Source: Candidatus Omnitrophota bacterium (GTDB taxonomy: Bacteria; Omnitrophota; Omnitrophia; Omnitrophales; Aquincolibacteriaceae). Taken from it: a stretch of DNA of 64,000 nt. Shown here piece by piece: positions 40,701 to 50,229 of the stretch. Under the pieces are notes generated by a model. It had not been told where the DNA came from. It did not search any database and saw only the letters and a program-made list of their open reading frames with translations. How positions within the stretch are numbered: position 1 is the stretch's first letter; each line of letters opens with the position of its first letter. Where the stretch lies: NCBI GenBank assembly GCA_022705945.1, contig JAKJDL010000002.1:11196-75195 (forward strand). Direction: 5' to 3'. The translations under genes and the position numbers were made by a program.

Positions 40701-41699
40701 ATGATCATCGGACTGACGGGAAAAAACGGATCGGGAAAAGGCGAGGCCGCGAGCTTTCTCAAAGAGCGCGGTTTTCATTATTATTCATTATCGGATGCCT
40801 TGCGCGAAGAAGCGGGAAAACGGAACCTCGAGATCTGCCGCGACTCGCTGGTGGCGTTGGGTAATGAGCTCCGCGAGAAAGAAGGCCCGGGGTGCCTTGC
40901 CGAAAGGATTTTCGCAAAACTTGATCCCGAAAAACATTATGTGATCGATTCGATCAGGCACCCTTCGGAAGTCCAGGTTTTTCGGCGGCGCTCTAATTTT
41001 ACTCTTATAAGAATTCATGCTCCCGAACGCCTCCGTTTTGAGCGCCTTAAACAGCGCGGCCGCGAGAATGATCCGAAAGCCTGGGAAGATTTTCTTGTTC
41101 TCGAGGCGAAAGAGGCCGGGAGCGAAACGAAAACCGACCAGCAGCTTGATCAGACCCTCGGCCTCGCGGATCTTCAAATCGACAATAACGGGCCCTTGAA
41201 GGAGATGCATGAAAAACTGAAGCACGTCCTTGTCAAGATTGCCCAGAGCGCGTCGCGTCCGAGCTGGGACGAGTACTTCATGAATATCGCGAAAGTTTCG
41301 GCATTGCGGTCCAATTGTATGAAACGCAAGGTCGCGGCTGTGATCGTGAAGGACCGGAGGATCATTTCCACGGGTTACAATGGGACCCCGCGCGGAGTCA
41401 CAAACTGTAATGAGGGAGGCTGCCCGCGTTGCGCTTCGGTCGAAACCTCCGGGAAGGATCTGGGAGAGTGCCTTTGCTCTCACGGAGAGGAAAATGCGAT
41501 CGTTCAGGCCGCTTATCACGGAGTCGCCCTGAAGGGGGCTACCATCTACACGACATTCTCTCCCTGCCTGATGTGCACAAAAATGATTATCAACGCCGGG
41601 ATCATCGAGGTTGTTTATCAGGCGGCCTATCCGCTTTCCGAGATCTCTTTCAAGCTGCTGCAACAGGCCGGAGTCGCGATCCGACAGCTTTCCGCCTGA
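40701..41699 (+). CDS. Fusion protein: N-terminal P-loop nucleotide kinase-like domain plus C-terminal dCMP/cytidine deaminase zinc-binding domain
   Basis: Walker A IGLTGKNGSGKGEAASFL at the N-terminus. Deaminase motifs CSHGEENAI (H-x-E) and SPCLMCTKMI (PCxxC) in the C-terminal half. Confidence 0.65.
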   Translation: MIIGLTGKNGSGKGEAASFLKERGFHYYSLSDALREEAGKRNLEICRDSLVALGNELREKEGPGCLAERIFAKLDPEKHYVIDSIRHPSEVQVFRRRSNFTLIRIHAPERLRFERLKQRGRENDPKAWEDFLVLEAKEAGSETKTDQQLDQTLGLADLQIDNNGPLKEMHEKLKHVLVKIAQSASRPSWDEYFMNIAKVSALRSNCMKRKVAAVIVKDRRIISTGYNGTPRGVTNCNEGGCPRCASVETSGKDLGECLCSHGEENAIVQAAYHGVALKGATIYTTFSPCLMCTKMIINAGIIEVVYQAAYPLSEISFKLLQQAGVAIRQLSA

Positions 41700-41704
41700 C
41701 CCGC

Positions 41705-42874
41705 ATGGGATTCCACGAAAAACCGCATCGCGGAGGTTTCGGACTTGAAAGTGTGGTCCGCCCTCAACTTGAAAAACAATACGCCAGTTCGCTGATCGAA
41801 AAAATTCGTGAGAACAATTTTTGTTTGAAGGAAGGGAGGCTGCGGGTTTATCTTGCGGAGGAGTTTGGATTTTGTTACGGAGTGGAACGGGCGGTCGAAT
41901 ACGCTTACGAGACACGCGAGAAATTCCGGGACAGGCGGATTTTTCTGACCGATGAGATCATCCATAACCCGCGGGTGAACCGGGAGCTTCGAGAGCTAGG
42001 CGTTCAGTTTCTCTCCGGGACTTCGTCCTGCGGGCTTTCCGTTTCCGATTTAAACGAGAAAGATATCGTGATGATGCCGGCCTTTGGCGTTCCGGTCGAA
42101 GCGTTAAAACAGTTCCAGGAGCGCGGATGTGTGATCGTGGACACGACGTGCGGTTCGGTGATGAGCGTCTGGAAACGCGTGGAATCTTATGCGAAGGACG
42201 ATTTTACGGCGGTTATTCACGGCAAATACGATCATGAAGAAACCCGCTCGACCTGTTCGCGCGCCGGAAAGTATCTTGTGGTGAAGAATAAAGAGGAAGC
42301 CCGCCTGGCCTGCGAGTATATTTCGGGGGCCGGTTCCCGCGACTTGTTTTTTAAAACATTCTCAAACGCCTGTTCTCCCGGCTTTGATCCGGGCCGCGAT
42401 CTCGAAAAGATCGGATTCGCGAACCAGACGACCATGCTTATGAAGGAATCGGTCGAGATCTCCTCGATGATCCGGAGCGCCCTCGCTTCAAGATACGGCG
42501 AAGCGGAGATCGAGGCTCGGTTCCGGCATTTTGATACAATCTGTTCCGCGACTCAGGACCGCCAGGATGCGATCCGAAAACTTGGCGAGAAAAAAATGGA
42601 TCTGCTTCTTGTGATCGGCGGTTATAAATCGAGTAATACGGGCCACCTCGCGGAGATTGCTTCCGCTTACGCGCCCGCCTTTCACATTGAAGATGCGGAT
42701 TGCATCCTTTCGGGCGACAGGATCAGTCACCGGAGGATCGATACGAGGACAATAACGGAAACCCCAAACTGGCTCCCTGAAGGCGATGTGAAGATCGGTA
42801 TTACGGCCGGCGCCTCGACGCCGAACAGGGTGGTCGAAGAAGTGATCGAAAGGCTGATCAGAATCACAGGGTAG
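41705..42874 (+). CDS. ispH: 4-hydroxy-3-methylbut-2-enyl diphosphate reductase IspH (LytB) with an N-terminal extension
   Basis: Core begins …RVYLAEEFGFCYGVERAV… and continues through …IIHNPRVNRELRELGV…. The exact start is uncertain; the longest ORF would overlap the upstream gene. Confidence 0.7.
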   Translation: MGFHEKPHRGGFGLESVVRPQLEKQYASSLIEKIRENNFCLKEGRLRVYLAEEFGFCYGVERAVEYAYETREKFRDRRIFLTDEIIHNPRVNRELRELGVQFLSGTSSCGLSVSDLNEKDIVMMPAFGVPVEALKQFQERGCVIVDTTCGSVMSVWKRVESYAKDDFTAVIHGKYDHEETRSTCSRAGKYLVVKNKEEARLACEYISGAGSRDLFFKTFSNACSPGFDPGRDLEKIGFANQTTMLMKESVEISSMIRSALASRYGEAEIEARFRHFDTICSATQDRQDAIRKLGEKKMDLLLVIGGYKSSNTGHLAEIASAYAPAFHIEDADCILSGDRISHRRIDTRTITETPNWLPEGDVKIGITAGASTPNRVVEEVIERLIRITG

Positions 42875-42883
42875 GATACGGGC

Positions 42884-43288
42884 ATGTATAAGGTCGCCAA
42901 AACACTCTATTTTAATTATGGACACCGGCTTCTTGGGGGACATGATAAATGCTCTCATCTTCACGGGCATAGCGCGAAGGTCAGGATCGTGATGCGGGCT
43001 TCCAAGCTTGACCGCAAGGGGATGGTTGTGGATTTTTTTGATATTAAACGCACGATCGGGGATTGGATTGAGCGGACGCTTGATCACAGGGTGATCCTGA
43101 ATTCCAAAGACCCTCTTTTACCGCTTTTAACAAAAGCGGGAGAGCCTGTTGTCGCATTCCGGGGTAATCCGACCGCAGAAGCGCTTGCGGAATGGATTTT
43201 TCGGAAGGCCCGGAGCATGAAACTTCCGGTTGTGGAAGTTTCCCTTTGGGAAAGCGGCGACAGCCGCGCGGTCTATTCAAAATCATAA
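42884..43288 (+). CDS. queD: 6-carboxytetrahydropterin synthase (QueD / PTPS family)
   Basis: CSHLHGH (Cx3HGH) motif. 134 aa. Confidence 0.75.
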   Translation: MYKVAKTLYFNYGHRLLGGHDKCSHLHGHSAKVRIVMRASKLDRKGMVVDFFDIKRTIGDWIERTLDHRVILNSKDPLLPLLTKAGEPVVAFRGNPTAEALAEWIFRKARSMKLPVVEVSLWESGDSRAVYSKS

Positions 43289-43388
43289 GAAGCGGTTTCA
43301 CAGGTCATTTTTTTTCTACCTTCCCCGGCGACATGGGGGCTGAAAGCACTTGTGAAGCCGTCTCAAGGCACAGAGGACCGGATGGGAT

Positions 43389-46300
43389 ATGTCAAAAACA
43401 TTATTGGTGGGTCCCGCCGGATGCGGTAAGACCCATGCGGTGCTGGAAGCTTTTGAAAAGAGCCTGCGTTCGGGTTGTCCGCTTGATCCCGATACTTTTT
43501 TTGTCGTCCCTTCCGCGGAACATACCGACCGCATTGTTTCCCTTCTGGTCCAGAGAGGTATCGCTGGTTTTTTTTACAAACGGGTAACGACGCTTTCCCG
43601 TCTGATTCATTCAAGTTTTCCTCTCCCCGATATTCCCGTTGCTTCAAATTTTGTCCGGGCCTCGATTGTGCGGGAACTTCTTCAGGAAAACGGATGGGAA
43701 TATTTTGAGCGGCTCAAAGATTGCCCCGGATTGATCGACCTTCTTTTGGGGACTTTGACGGAGTTGAAGGAATCCTGTATCGCTCCCGGGATTTTCCGAT
43801 CCCGGATGAACAAACTCAAAAAGTTCGAGCCTGCTTTTGGCCCCAAATACGAAGCCCTTGCCGCGCTTTATGAAGGGTATGAATCGAAACTTGAAAAACG
43901 GGGTTTTTGTGATGCTCAGGATACGCTGAAGCTTCTCCAAAGGGGAACCGGGGCAGGACTCCGGGCCCGTTCCCGTTTCAAGGCGCTCTGGCTCGACGGT
44001 TTTTTTGATTTTTCCAACCTTCAGATGGAATATCTGAAGATCCTTTGTGAAACGACGGATGAGATTACCGTGACGCTCACGATGGACGGGACGGACGGCA
44101 GGGAAGAAGCTTTTGAGGCCGTTCGCTCAACGAAAGAAACATTGGTTTCGATGGGTTTCAAGGCCGAGCAATTCGGCTCGGAGAGCAAACGAACCACGGA
44201 CCCCGCCCTTCTTTATTTACAAAGAAATCTTTTTTCCGAAAAGATCAAAAAAAAATCGCCCTCGGCACAGGGAAGCATTCTTTTTATTGACGCGGTCGGA
44301 ATCGAAGGCGAGATCGGGATGATTGCCCGCGAGATCCACAAGCTTTATGCGACGGGAAACTATCGTTACAGTGATTTTGCGGTATTGTTCCGCCAGATTC
44401 GGAATTACAGCTCGGTTATTGCCCCGATCTTTTCCCGCTATGGAATTCCTGTCGAGATCCATGAGCGGGACCGTCTCAAGTTTTCGCCCTGGATCGGAAC
44501 CGTCATGACTTTGCTTGCGATCTTCCGGGACGGTTGGAAACGGGAGGATGTGCTTTCATTCCTGAAGTCGGGGTATGTAACAAGATTCGGGGACTTCCGG
44601 AGGGACGATGACTGGCTGTCCGCTTTTGAGGCCAAAATCTTTGAAAACGGCGTTCTGGAAGGCCGGGACGCGTGGACCGACTTGTGGAAAGGGGAGGAAG
44701 CCCTTGAGATTCCCTCCGGCTTGAGTAAACAAAGACTGATCGGAATACTGCTGGAGCTTGAAGCGAAATTTCTTGCGGCAACGACCGCCGAGGATCATAT
44801 CCGAATTTTCCGCGAAGCCGTTTATGACCTGTTTGGGATTCCGGAGATCTCCGATGTCTACAAGGCTTCGGTCCGGCGTGACGCGGTTTCTGTCCGTCGC
44901 TTCGAGATCCTGCTTCAGGAGATAAAAACAGGTTCTCTGAAGAACGCTTCGAAAAAGTTTTCGTTCGAATTTTTTGCGGATCAGTTTGCCGCTCTGGCCG
45001 AACTTGATGTTTATTCCCTGCATGAGCGCGACAAAAACCGCGTTCAAATCTACGATGTTTCGCTCGCGCGTCAAAAAGAATACAAGGTCGTGTTTGTGGC
45101 CGGGCTTCTCGAAAAAGTGTTCCCGATACAGATCCGTGAAGATCCCGTGCTCTCGGATTGGGAAAGGCAGATTCTGAATGCGGAACTTGATCACCCTCTC
45201 CGCGAGTTCCTGCCCCGGCAGGGCCTGGAAAGGTATCTCTTTTATCTTGCCGTGACCCGCACCAGCGAAAAGCTTTACCTTTGCTATCCCCACATTGATC
45301 TTGAAGGAAAAGAATCCCTGAGGTCTTTTTATCTGGATGAGGTCCAGCGTCTTTTCGGGGCGGGAATCCGCACGATCCGTCAGGATCTTGCGCGGCCCTA
45401 TCCGCTGCCGGATGAAGCGATTACTTCCCGCGAAAAGGAAATTGCCGTGATGGGGGGATTAAGGGAAAAAGTATTGAGCGGTTGCGAAGAATGTGGAGAG
45501 ATGTCGGGGCTTGAACGCAATTCGCTTCAAAGGCTTTTAAAGGCGGTCCGGCCGGTTGAGGCTGTGATCGGGGACGAAAAGATTCGCGACGGCGGGTATT
45601 TCAATTTCAGGGAAGCCAGCCCGACCCGGCTGGAGGAATTCGCCAAATGCCCTTACCGCTATTTTGCCCGTCGGATATTAAGATTGCAGGATCCGACCGA
45701 GGATATCACGGTCCGTCAAAAGGGGAACATCCTTCACTGGGTTCTTGAGGAATATTTCCGGACATATCTCCGGAACAGGCCCGCGAGAGTACCGGTTGAT
45801 GAGTTTGTCAGCCGGAAACTCGAAGAGGCATTCAGGAAATATCCGCTTGTTTCGGAACGTAAATACCGGGACGAACTTGATCGGGCAGAAGTCAGGGAGA
45901 TGCTTCTGGATGTTTTGGAGGGAGAGATTGAAAAACTCGAAACACGAAGCCTTCGGCCGGCTTATCTCGAGTATGGCTTCGGATCGGGTGAGGGAAAAGA
46001 TGCGCCTGCCCTCGTGATCGGCTCCCAAGACGGTGAGATAAAGATCCAGGGCCGTATCGACCGGATTGATTTGGATCCGGAAGGAAGAATCGCGCTCATC
46101 GTAGACTATAAACGAACGGCAAAGTTGGACCGCTCCGGGCTTGAAATCGGCACATCGCTTCAGCTTCCGCTTTATATCCTTGCGGTTGAAAAAGCGCTGG
46201 GTCTCAAGGCTGTTGGGGGAGAGCTTTATGCTCTCAAGGAAGGGACCCGGAGCGGATTCTACCGCAAAGACGAGGCTGAAAAGCTGGATCTTAAGATCGC

Positions 46301-46535
46301 GGGCAAGAATTCCCTGCTGGACGAAGGCAGTTTCACGGGTTTGCTTGACAGGACTCTTGGTTTCGTCAGGCGTTTTACAAGAGAGATCCGCAACCTGACG
46401 ATCCTCGTCCGGCCCCGTGATTGCGAAAAATACTGCCCCTATCCTTCCTTATGCCGGATCGAAAAGTGGCGCCTGCCCATGATCCTCGAGGAAATACGAA
46501 ATGAGGACAAGCTGAAAGAGAATAAGTCTGGCTGA
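43389..46535 (+). CDS. AddB-like protein: inactive or UvrD-like helicase N-terminus plus C-terminal PD-(D/E)XK nuclease with a 4-Cys Fe-S staple
   Basis: Walker A LLVGPAGCGKTHAV at the N-terminus. C-terminal …EFAKCPYRYFARRIL… and …CEKYCPYPSLC…, as in the AddB/RecB-family nuclease domain. 1048 aa. Confidence 0.55.
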   Translation: MSKTLLVGPAGCGKTHAVLEAFEKSLRSGCPLDPDTFFVVPSAEHTDRIVSLLVQRGIAGFFYKRVTTLSRLIHSSFPLPDIPVASNFVRASIVRELLQENGWEYFERLKDCPGLIDLLLGTLTELKESCIAPGIFRSRMNKLKKFEPAFGPKYEALAALYEGYESKLEKRGFCDAQDTLKLLQRGTGAGLRARSRFKALWLDGFFDFSNLQMEYLKILCETTDEITVTLTMDGTDGREEAFEAVRSTKETLVSMGFKAEQFGSESKRTTDPALLYLQRNLFSEKIKKKSPSAQGSILFIDAVGIEGEIGMIAREIHKLYATGNYRYSDFAVLFRQIRNYSSVIAPIFSRYGIPVEIHERDRLKFSPWIGTVMTLLAIFRDGWKREDVLSFLKSGYVTRFGDFRRDDDWLSAFEAKIFENGVLEGRDAWTDLWKGEEALEIPSGLSKQRLIGILLELEAKFLAATTAEDHIRIFREAVYDLFGIPEISDVYKASVRRDAVSVRRFEILLQEIKTGSLKNASKKFSFEFFADQFAALAELDVYSLHERDKNRVQIYDVSLARQKEYKVVFVAGLLEKVFPIQIREDPVLSDWERQILNAELDHPLREFLPRQGLERYLFYLAVTRTSEKLYLCYPHIDLEGKESLRSFYLDEVQRLFGAGIRTIRQDLARPYPLPDEAITSREKEIAVMGGLREKVLSGCEECGEMSGLERNSLQRLLKAVRPVEAVIGDEKIRDGGYFNFREASPTRLEEFAKCPYRYFARRILRLQDPTEDITVRQKGNILHWVLEEYFRTYLRNRPARVPVDEFVSRKLEEAFRKYPLVSERKYRDELDRAEVREMLLDVLEGEIEKLETRSLRPAYLEYGFGSGEGKDAPALVIGSQDGEIKIQGRIDRIDLDPEGRIALIVDYKRTAKLDRSGLEIGTSLQLPLYILAVEKALGLKAVGGELYALKEGTRSGFYRKDEAEKLDLKIAGKNSLLDEGSFTGLLDRTLGFVRRFTREIRNLTILVRPRDCEKYCPYPSLCRIEKWRLPMILEEIRNEDKLKENKSG

Positions 46536-46581
46536 CCGGGGATGACGAGGAGTTATCGGCGGAGGAAAAGGGCGGGTTTTT

Positions 46582-48531
46582 TTAAACGCGGAGCTGTTTT
46601 TCAGCGTCGACGACATCCCGATCAATCAATCCCCGGGCCTTTGCGGCTTTTTTTCTGAGATCTTCCGAGGCGTGAGGAGCGTGCATGATCTCCCTTAAAA
46701 GCTGAGTCACCATCCTGAAATAGCGCACCAGGGTCCCTTCGTCCTCCGTGGTATCCCTCGCGACCTTGTCAAAAGGTTCCCCGCGTGTCCAGGCTTCCAC
46801 GGCTTTGGCAAGATGGAAATGAGGGGGTTTTGTGTAAGGGCGGATTCGGAAAGTCTGTTCTTTTTTATGAATGAGCCGATGATAATGCTGAATGAGTTTG
46901 AGAAGCTTTTCATTTTGATGGGAAAGTTTCGGAGGTTCGTCGATCCCTTTGCGGGGTTCGAAGATCAATCCCATGAGGAAGACATTGAGCCTCGCCTCGT
47001 CAAAGCCTTCAAAAACCTTGTCCTGATACATTTCCGTAAGGAGCAGTTCATAACCGAAGATCGAAGACGCAAACTCACCTTTTCCCGTGAGTTTCCCGTC
47101 CTCGATATAGCGCAGGTCTTTCAGAAGGTTCAGCTTGTTCCTTATCAGATCAAAACCGTCGTCTCGCATCCTCCGGGAAGACTGAAAGTAATGGAAGGAT
47201 TTCGGGTAGATCTCAAGGAGTTCGTCGCCGAGGTCGCGGTAAAGATTCAGAATTGTCGCATAAGCGGCGTTGAATTGGCTCCGGACGGGTTCAGGCTTTC
47301 CGAAAATGATGCGTTCGACCTGCGGGAAGGGGATATCGTGCGGCAGGATGCGGCAGTAGACGAAGCCCTCTTTATCCATGCCCCGGCGTCCGGCGCGTCC
47401 CGCCATCTGATAAAAATCACGAGTCGTAAGAGCCCTGAAACCGGTGCCGTAAAATTTTTCAAGCTCGTCAAAAATGACGGTTCGGGCAGGCATATTGATG
47501 CCGAGCGCGAAGGTCTCCGTTGTGAAGATAAGTTTGATGAGACGGCTTGTAAAAAGTCGTTCGATCACCTCTTTTAGGGTCGGGAGCATTCCTGCGTGGT
47601 GATAAGCGATCCCTTGTTCAACGAGCGGCCGGATGTCCTGCGCGGAACGCTCCTCCGCAAGATCGTATTTTTTGCAGAGTTCGTCAAAAAGCTCCGTGAC
47701 CCTTGAGCGTTCGTTTTTGCTCAGGAGATCATAGTGCGCGATTTCCCAGGCGAGGTGGGCCGTTCGCTTGCGGCTGAACGCGAAATAGATCGCGGGGAGA
47801 CGGTCTTCCCGGATCAGGTGGTCAAGAAGTTCGCTCAGGCGGTTCGGTTTCGCCCGCATCTGCCTGAAGCCGCGGCGTCTTTCGCGCGGCGAAAGCTCCC
47901 AATTGTCTCTCGAATAATAACCGTCTTTACGGAGGGATTTAAGATTCGTAAAGAAATGTCCCTGGCATTGATAAAAAAAATGCAACGGAACGGGGCGTTT
48001 GGTCTCTTCGATCACGGCGACCGGACGGTCATGGGCGGTTTGCATCCAGGTTGCGAGTTCCCGGACGTTGGGAATGGTCGCGCTCAGGGCGAGGATTCGT
48101 ATTTCGGGCGGCGTGAAAAGAATGGCCTCTTCCCAGACCGTGCCGCGCTCATAATCATCCATGTAGTGAACCTCGTCAAAAATGACCCAATGGGTCCGCT
48201 TGATCCGCTCGCTATTCTCGAAGAGGGAATTCCGGTAGATCTCGGTTGTCATGATGAGAAGGGGCGCGCCCGCATTGATTGAGACATCGCCGGTTAAAAT
48301 ACCCACTTTATCCGGGCCGAAGCGCGCCTGAAAATCGCGAAACTTCTGGTTGCTGAGAGCCTTGATCGGGGCTGTGTAGATGACGCTTGCCCCGCGGGAG
48401 AGAGCTTTTTCGATCGCTTTTTCGGCGATCAGGGTTTTGCCGGAGCCCGTCGGGGCTGAGATAAGGAGGGAATGGTCTTTATCGATCCATTCGACCGCCT
48501 GTTGCTGAAAAGAATCAAGCCGGAATTCCAT
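46582..48531 (-). CDS. Ski2-like DExH RNA helicase (HelY-like) with a DSHCT-like C-terminal domain
   Basis: Motif I ISAPTGSGKTLIAE, motif II FDEVHYM, helicase C-terminal motifs, and a C-terminal Dob1/Ski2/HelY-like region. The start is taken at the internal M (MEFRLDSFQQQAVEW). Confidence 0.7.
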   Translation of the reverse strand: MEFRLDSFQQQAVEWIDKDHSLLISAPTGSGKTLIAEKAIEKALSRGASVIYTAPIKALSNQKFRDFQARFGPDKVGILTGDVSINAGAPLLIMTTEIYRNSLFENSERIKRTHWVIFDEVHYMDDYERGTVWEEAILFTPPEIRILALSATIPNVRELATWMQTAHDRPVAVIEETKRPVPLHFFYQCQGHFFTNLKSLRKDGYYSRDNWELSPRERRRGFRQMRAKPNRLSELLDHLIREDRLPAIYFAFSRKRTAHLAWEIAHYDLLSKNERSRVTELFDELCKKYDLAEERSAQDIRPLVEQGIAYHHAGMLPTLKEVIERLFTSRLIKLIFTTETFALGINMPARTVIFDELEKFYGTGFRALTTRDFYQMAGRAGRRGMDKEGFVYCRILPHDIPFPQVERIIFGKPEPVRSQFNAAYATILNLYRDLGDELLEIYPKSFHYFQSSRRMRDDGFDLIRNKLNLLKDLRYIEDGKLTGKGEFASSIFGYELLLTEMYQDKVFEGFDEARLNVFLMGLIFEPRKGIDEPPKLSHQNEKLLKLIQHYHRLIHKKEQTFRIRPYTKPPHFHLAKAVEAWTRGEPFDKVARDTTEDEGTLVRYFRMVTQLLREIMHAPHASEDLRKKAAKARGLIDRDVVDAEKQLRV

Positions 48532-48698
48532 GGGCACTAGTATATCTTTATTTTCCGCGGGAAAAAGCCGATATTTCAAAAAGCTTGAGATTGTCCGGTT
48601 CCCAATGCGCGGTATGGACTTGAAAGCGCTCGTGTAGTAAACTGCCCGCATAATGACAGCAAGCGATGTAGCCCATCTTATCTAAAAAAGGAAGGCTT

Positions 48699-50129
48699 AT
48701 GCGAATAAACCAGAACTTTTTATTCCTTTCTCTCTTTTTTTTCACTTTTGCCCTTTCGGTTTTTCCTACCGATGTTTTTGCCGAAGATCTGGGGCAGGAA
48801 GTTCTGGCGATCCGGCGCGAGGTCGGCGGTGAGCGGTATGCCTCGGCTGTTGCGGATAAAGCCGGAGAGATCGAAGCTTCCAAGCGTTTCAAAACCGGCG
48901 TAACCTTTGAGGACATTCTCAGGGATCCCGATAATCTTGAGCTGAACTTCGATTTTGCCAAACAGCAGATTGCGGATAACGAGCTCCTCGGGTCCGCGGC
49001 GACCCTTGAACGGATCCTGCTCGTCAACCCGAACCTTGCCGATGTCCGGCTTCTTTACGCCGTGGTTCTCTACCGACTGGACAGTCTGGATGAGGCTAAA
49101 AAGGAGCTCGATTCCCTGAAAAGCGTACCGTTGCCCAAGAATATCGAGGCGCAGGTGAGTGAATACCAGCGAAGGATCAAGGTAAAAAAGCGGAGGACCC
49201 GGTTTGGACTGCGCCAGACGGTCGGCTGGGGATATGACACGAACAGGAATACGGCGCCTTCCTCGAAGTTCCAGCTTTTTGCGGAAACACCTCTCGGGCT
49301 GGAGGGGACGAACCGCAAGCGGGCGGATACGCATTTCACGAACATTACGACCCTGGATTTTTCCCATGACCTGGGATTCCAGGCGGGGCATGAGGTGTTC
49401 GGGTCGTTCACTTATTTTCTTCAGGAGCAGACCAAGGTCGATTCCCTTGATATTGGCTCCTTCCAGTATGAACTTGGAAGCCGTTACAAGAGCAAATGGT
49501 TGAATGTGTCACCCTCTTTTGTCGCAAGCAACCTGCTCCTGTCCCGGGAAACTTACCTCAGGACGCAGGGAATTAATATTCTTGCGGACCGGGAAATCAC
49601 AAAAAAACTGAGCGGTTTCATGAATTTCCGTTATGAATACCAGGATTATTCCGGGATTGGCGAGAACACGACGGCCTTTCTCCGCAAAGGTCCCGAATAT
49701 GATTATCTTTGGGGAGTTAATTATGCTCTTACGCCTTTCATGCGGATTATCCCCAGTATCGGCTATATGAACAAAAACGCCAAGGCCGAGTATTACGCCT
49801 ATGACCGCTTCAATCTGAACCTGAATCACACATGGGTGCTCCGGCGCGGAGCTTTTCTGATCAACACCGTCAATTTTTTTTATGATCGTTATGATGAGCC
49901 GGAAGTTGCGATCGCCGGGAGGTTCCGCCACGACAAGATCTTCCGCTACCGCGTAACAGCGGGGGCCCCTCTCACGGCGCTTTATATCGGAAAGATCCTC
50001 CCGGGGCTTTTCAAGGATATTGTGTTTACCCTTTCTTACGAATATTACCGGTCTCTCTCCAATATCACTAACTACACCTACACCAACAACAGGATCGAGG
50101 GACTTTTTACCAAACGCTGGGAATTCTGA
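48699..50129 (+). CDS. Outer-membrane protein: signal peptide, N-terminal TPR-like region, C-terminal beta-barrel (DUF560/Slam-like architecture)
   Basis: Signal peptide MRINQNFLFLSLFFFTFALSVFPTDVFA. TPR-like helix pairs around 110-150 aa. The C-terminal half has alternating aromatic/hydrophilic strands rich in Y/N/T and ends in …RWEF (terminal Phe). Confidence 0.5.
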   Translation: MRINQNFLFLSLFFFTFALSVFPTDVFAEDLGQEVLAIRREVGGERYASAVADKAGEIEASKRFKTGVTFEDILRDPDNLELNFDFAKQQIADNELLGSAATLERILLVNPNLADVRLLYAVVLYRLDSLDEAKKELDSLKSVPLPKNIEAQVSEYQRRIKVKKRRTRFGLRQTVGWGYDTNRNTAPSSKFQLFAETPLGLEGTNRKRADTHFTNITTLDFSHDLGFQAGHEVFGSFTYFLQEQTKVDSLDIGSFQYELGSRYKSKWLNVSPSFVASNLLLSRETYLRTQGINILADREITKKLSGFMNFRYEYQDYSGIGENTTAFLRKGPEYDYLWGVNYALTPFMRIIPSIGYMNKNAKAEYYAYDRFNLNLNHTWVLRRGAFLINTVNFFYDRYDEPEVAIAGRFRHDKIFRYRVTAGAPLTALYIGKILPGLFKDIVFTLSYEYYRSLSNITNYTYTNNRIEGLFTKRWEF

Positions 50130-50229
50130 CGCTGCTATTTGAGAGTAAGTATCGGAGGGATCTTTCCCGGACTGAGGACATGAGACGTTTTCACAATTAT
50201 TTTTTGCGATCAAAGGAAAGGGGAATTTC

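Noticed and set aside
40788-41915. 375-aa minus-strand ORF spanning the kinase-deaminase and ispH genes
   Set aside because: It is antisense to two motif-supported genes and crosses their intergenic space.
44556-45293. 245-aa minus-strand ORF inside the AddB-like gene
   Set aside because: Antisense artefact. No motifs.
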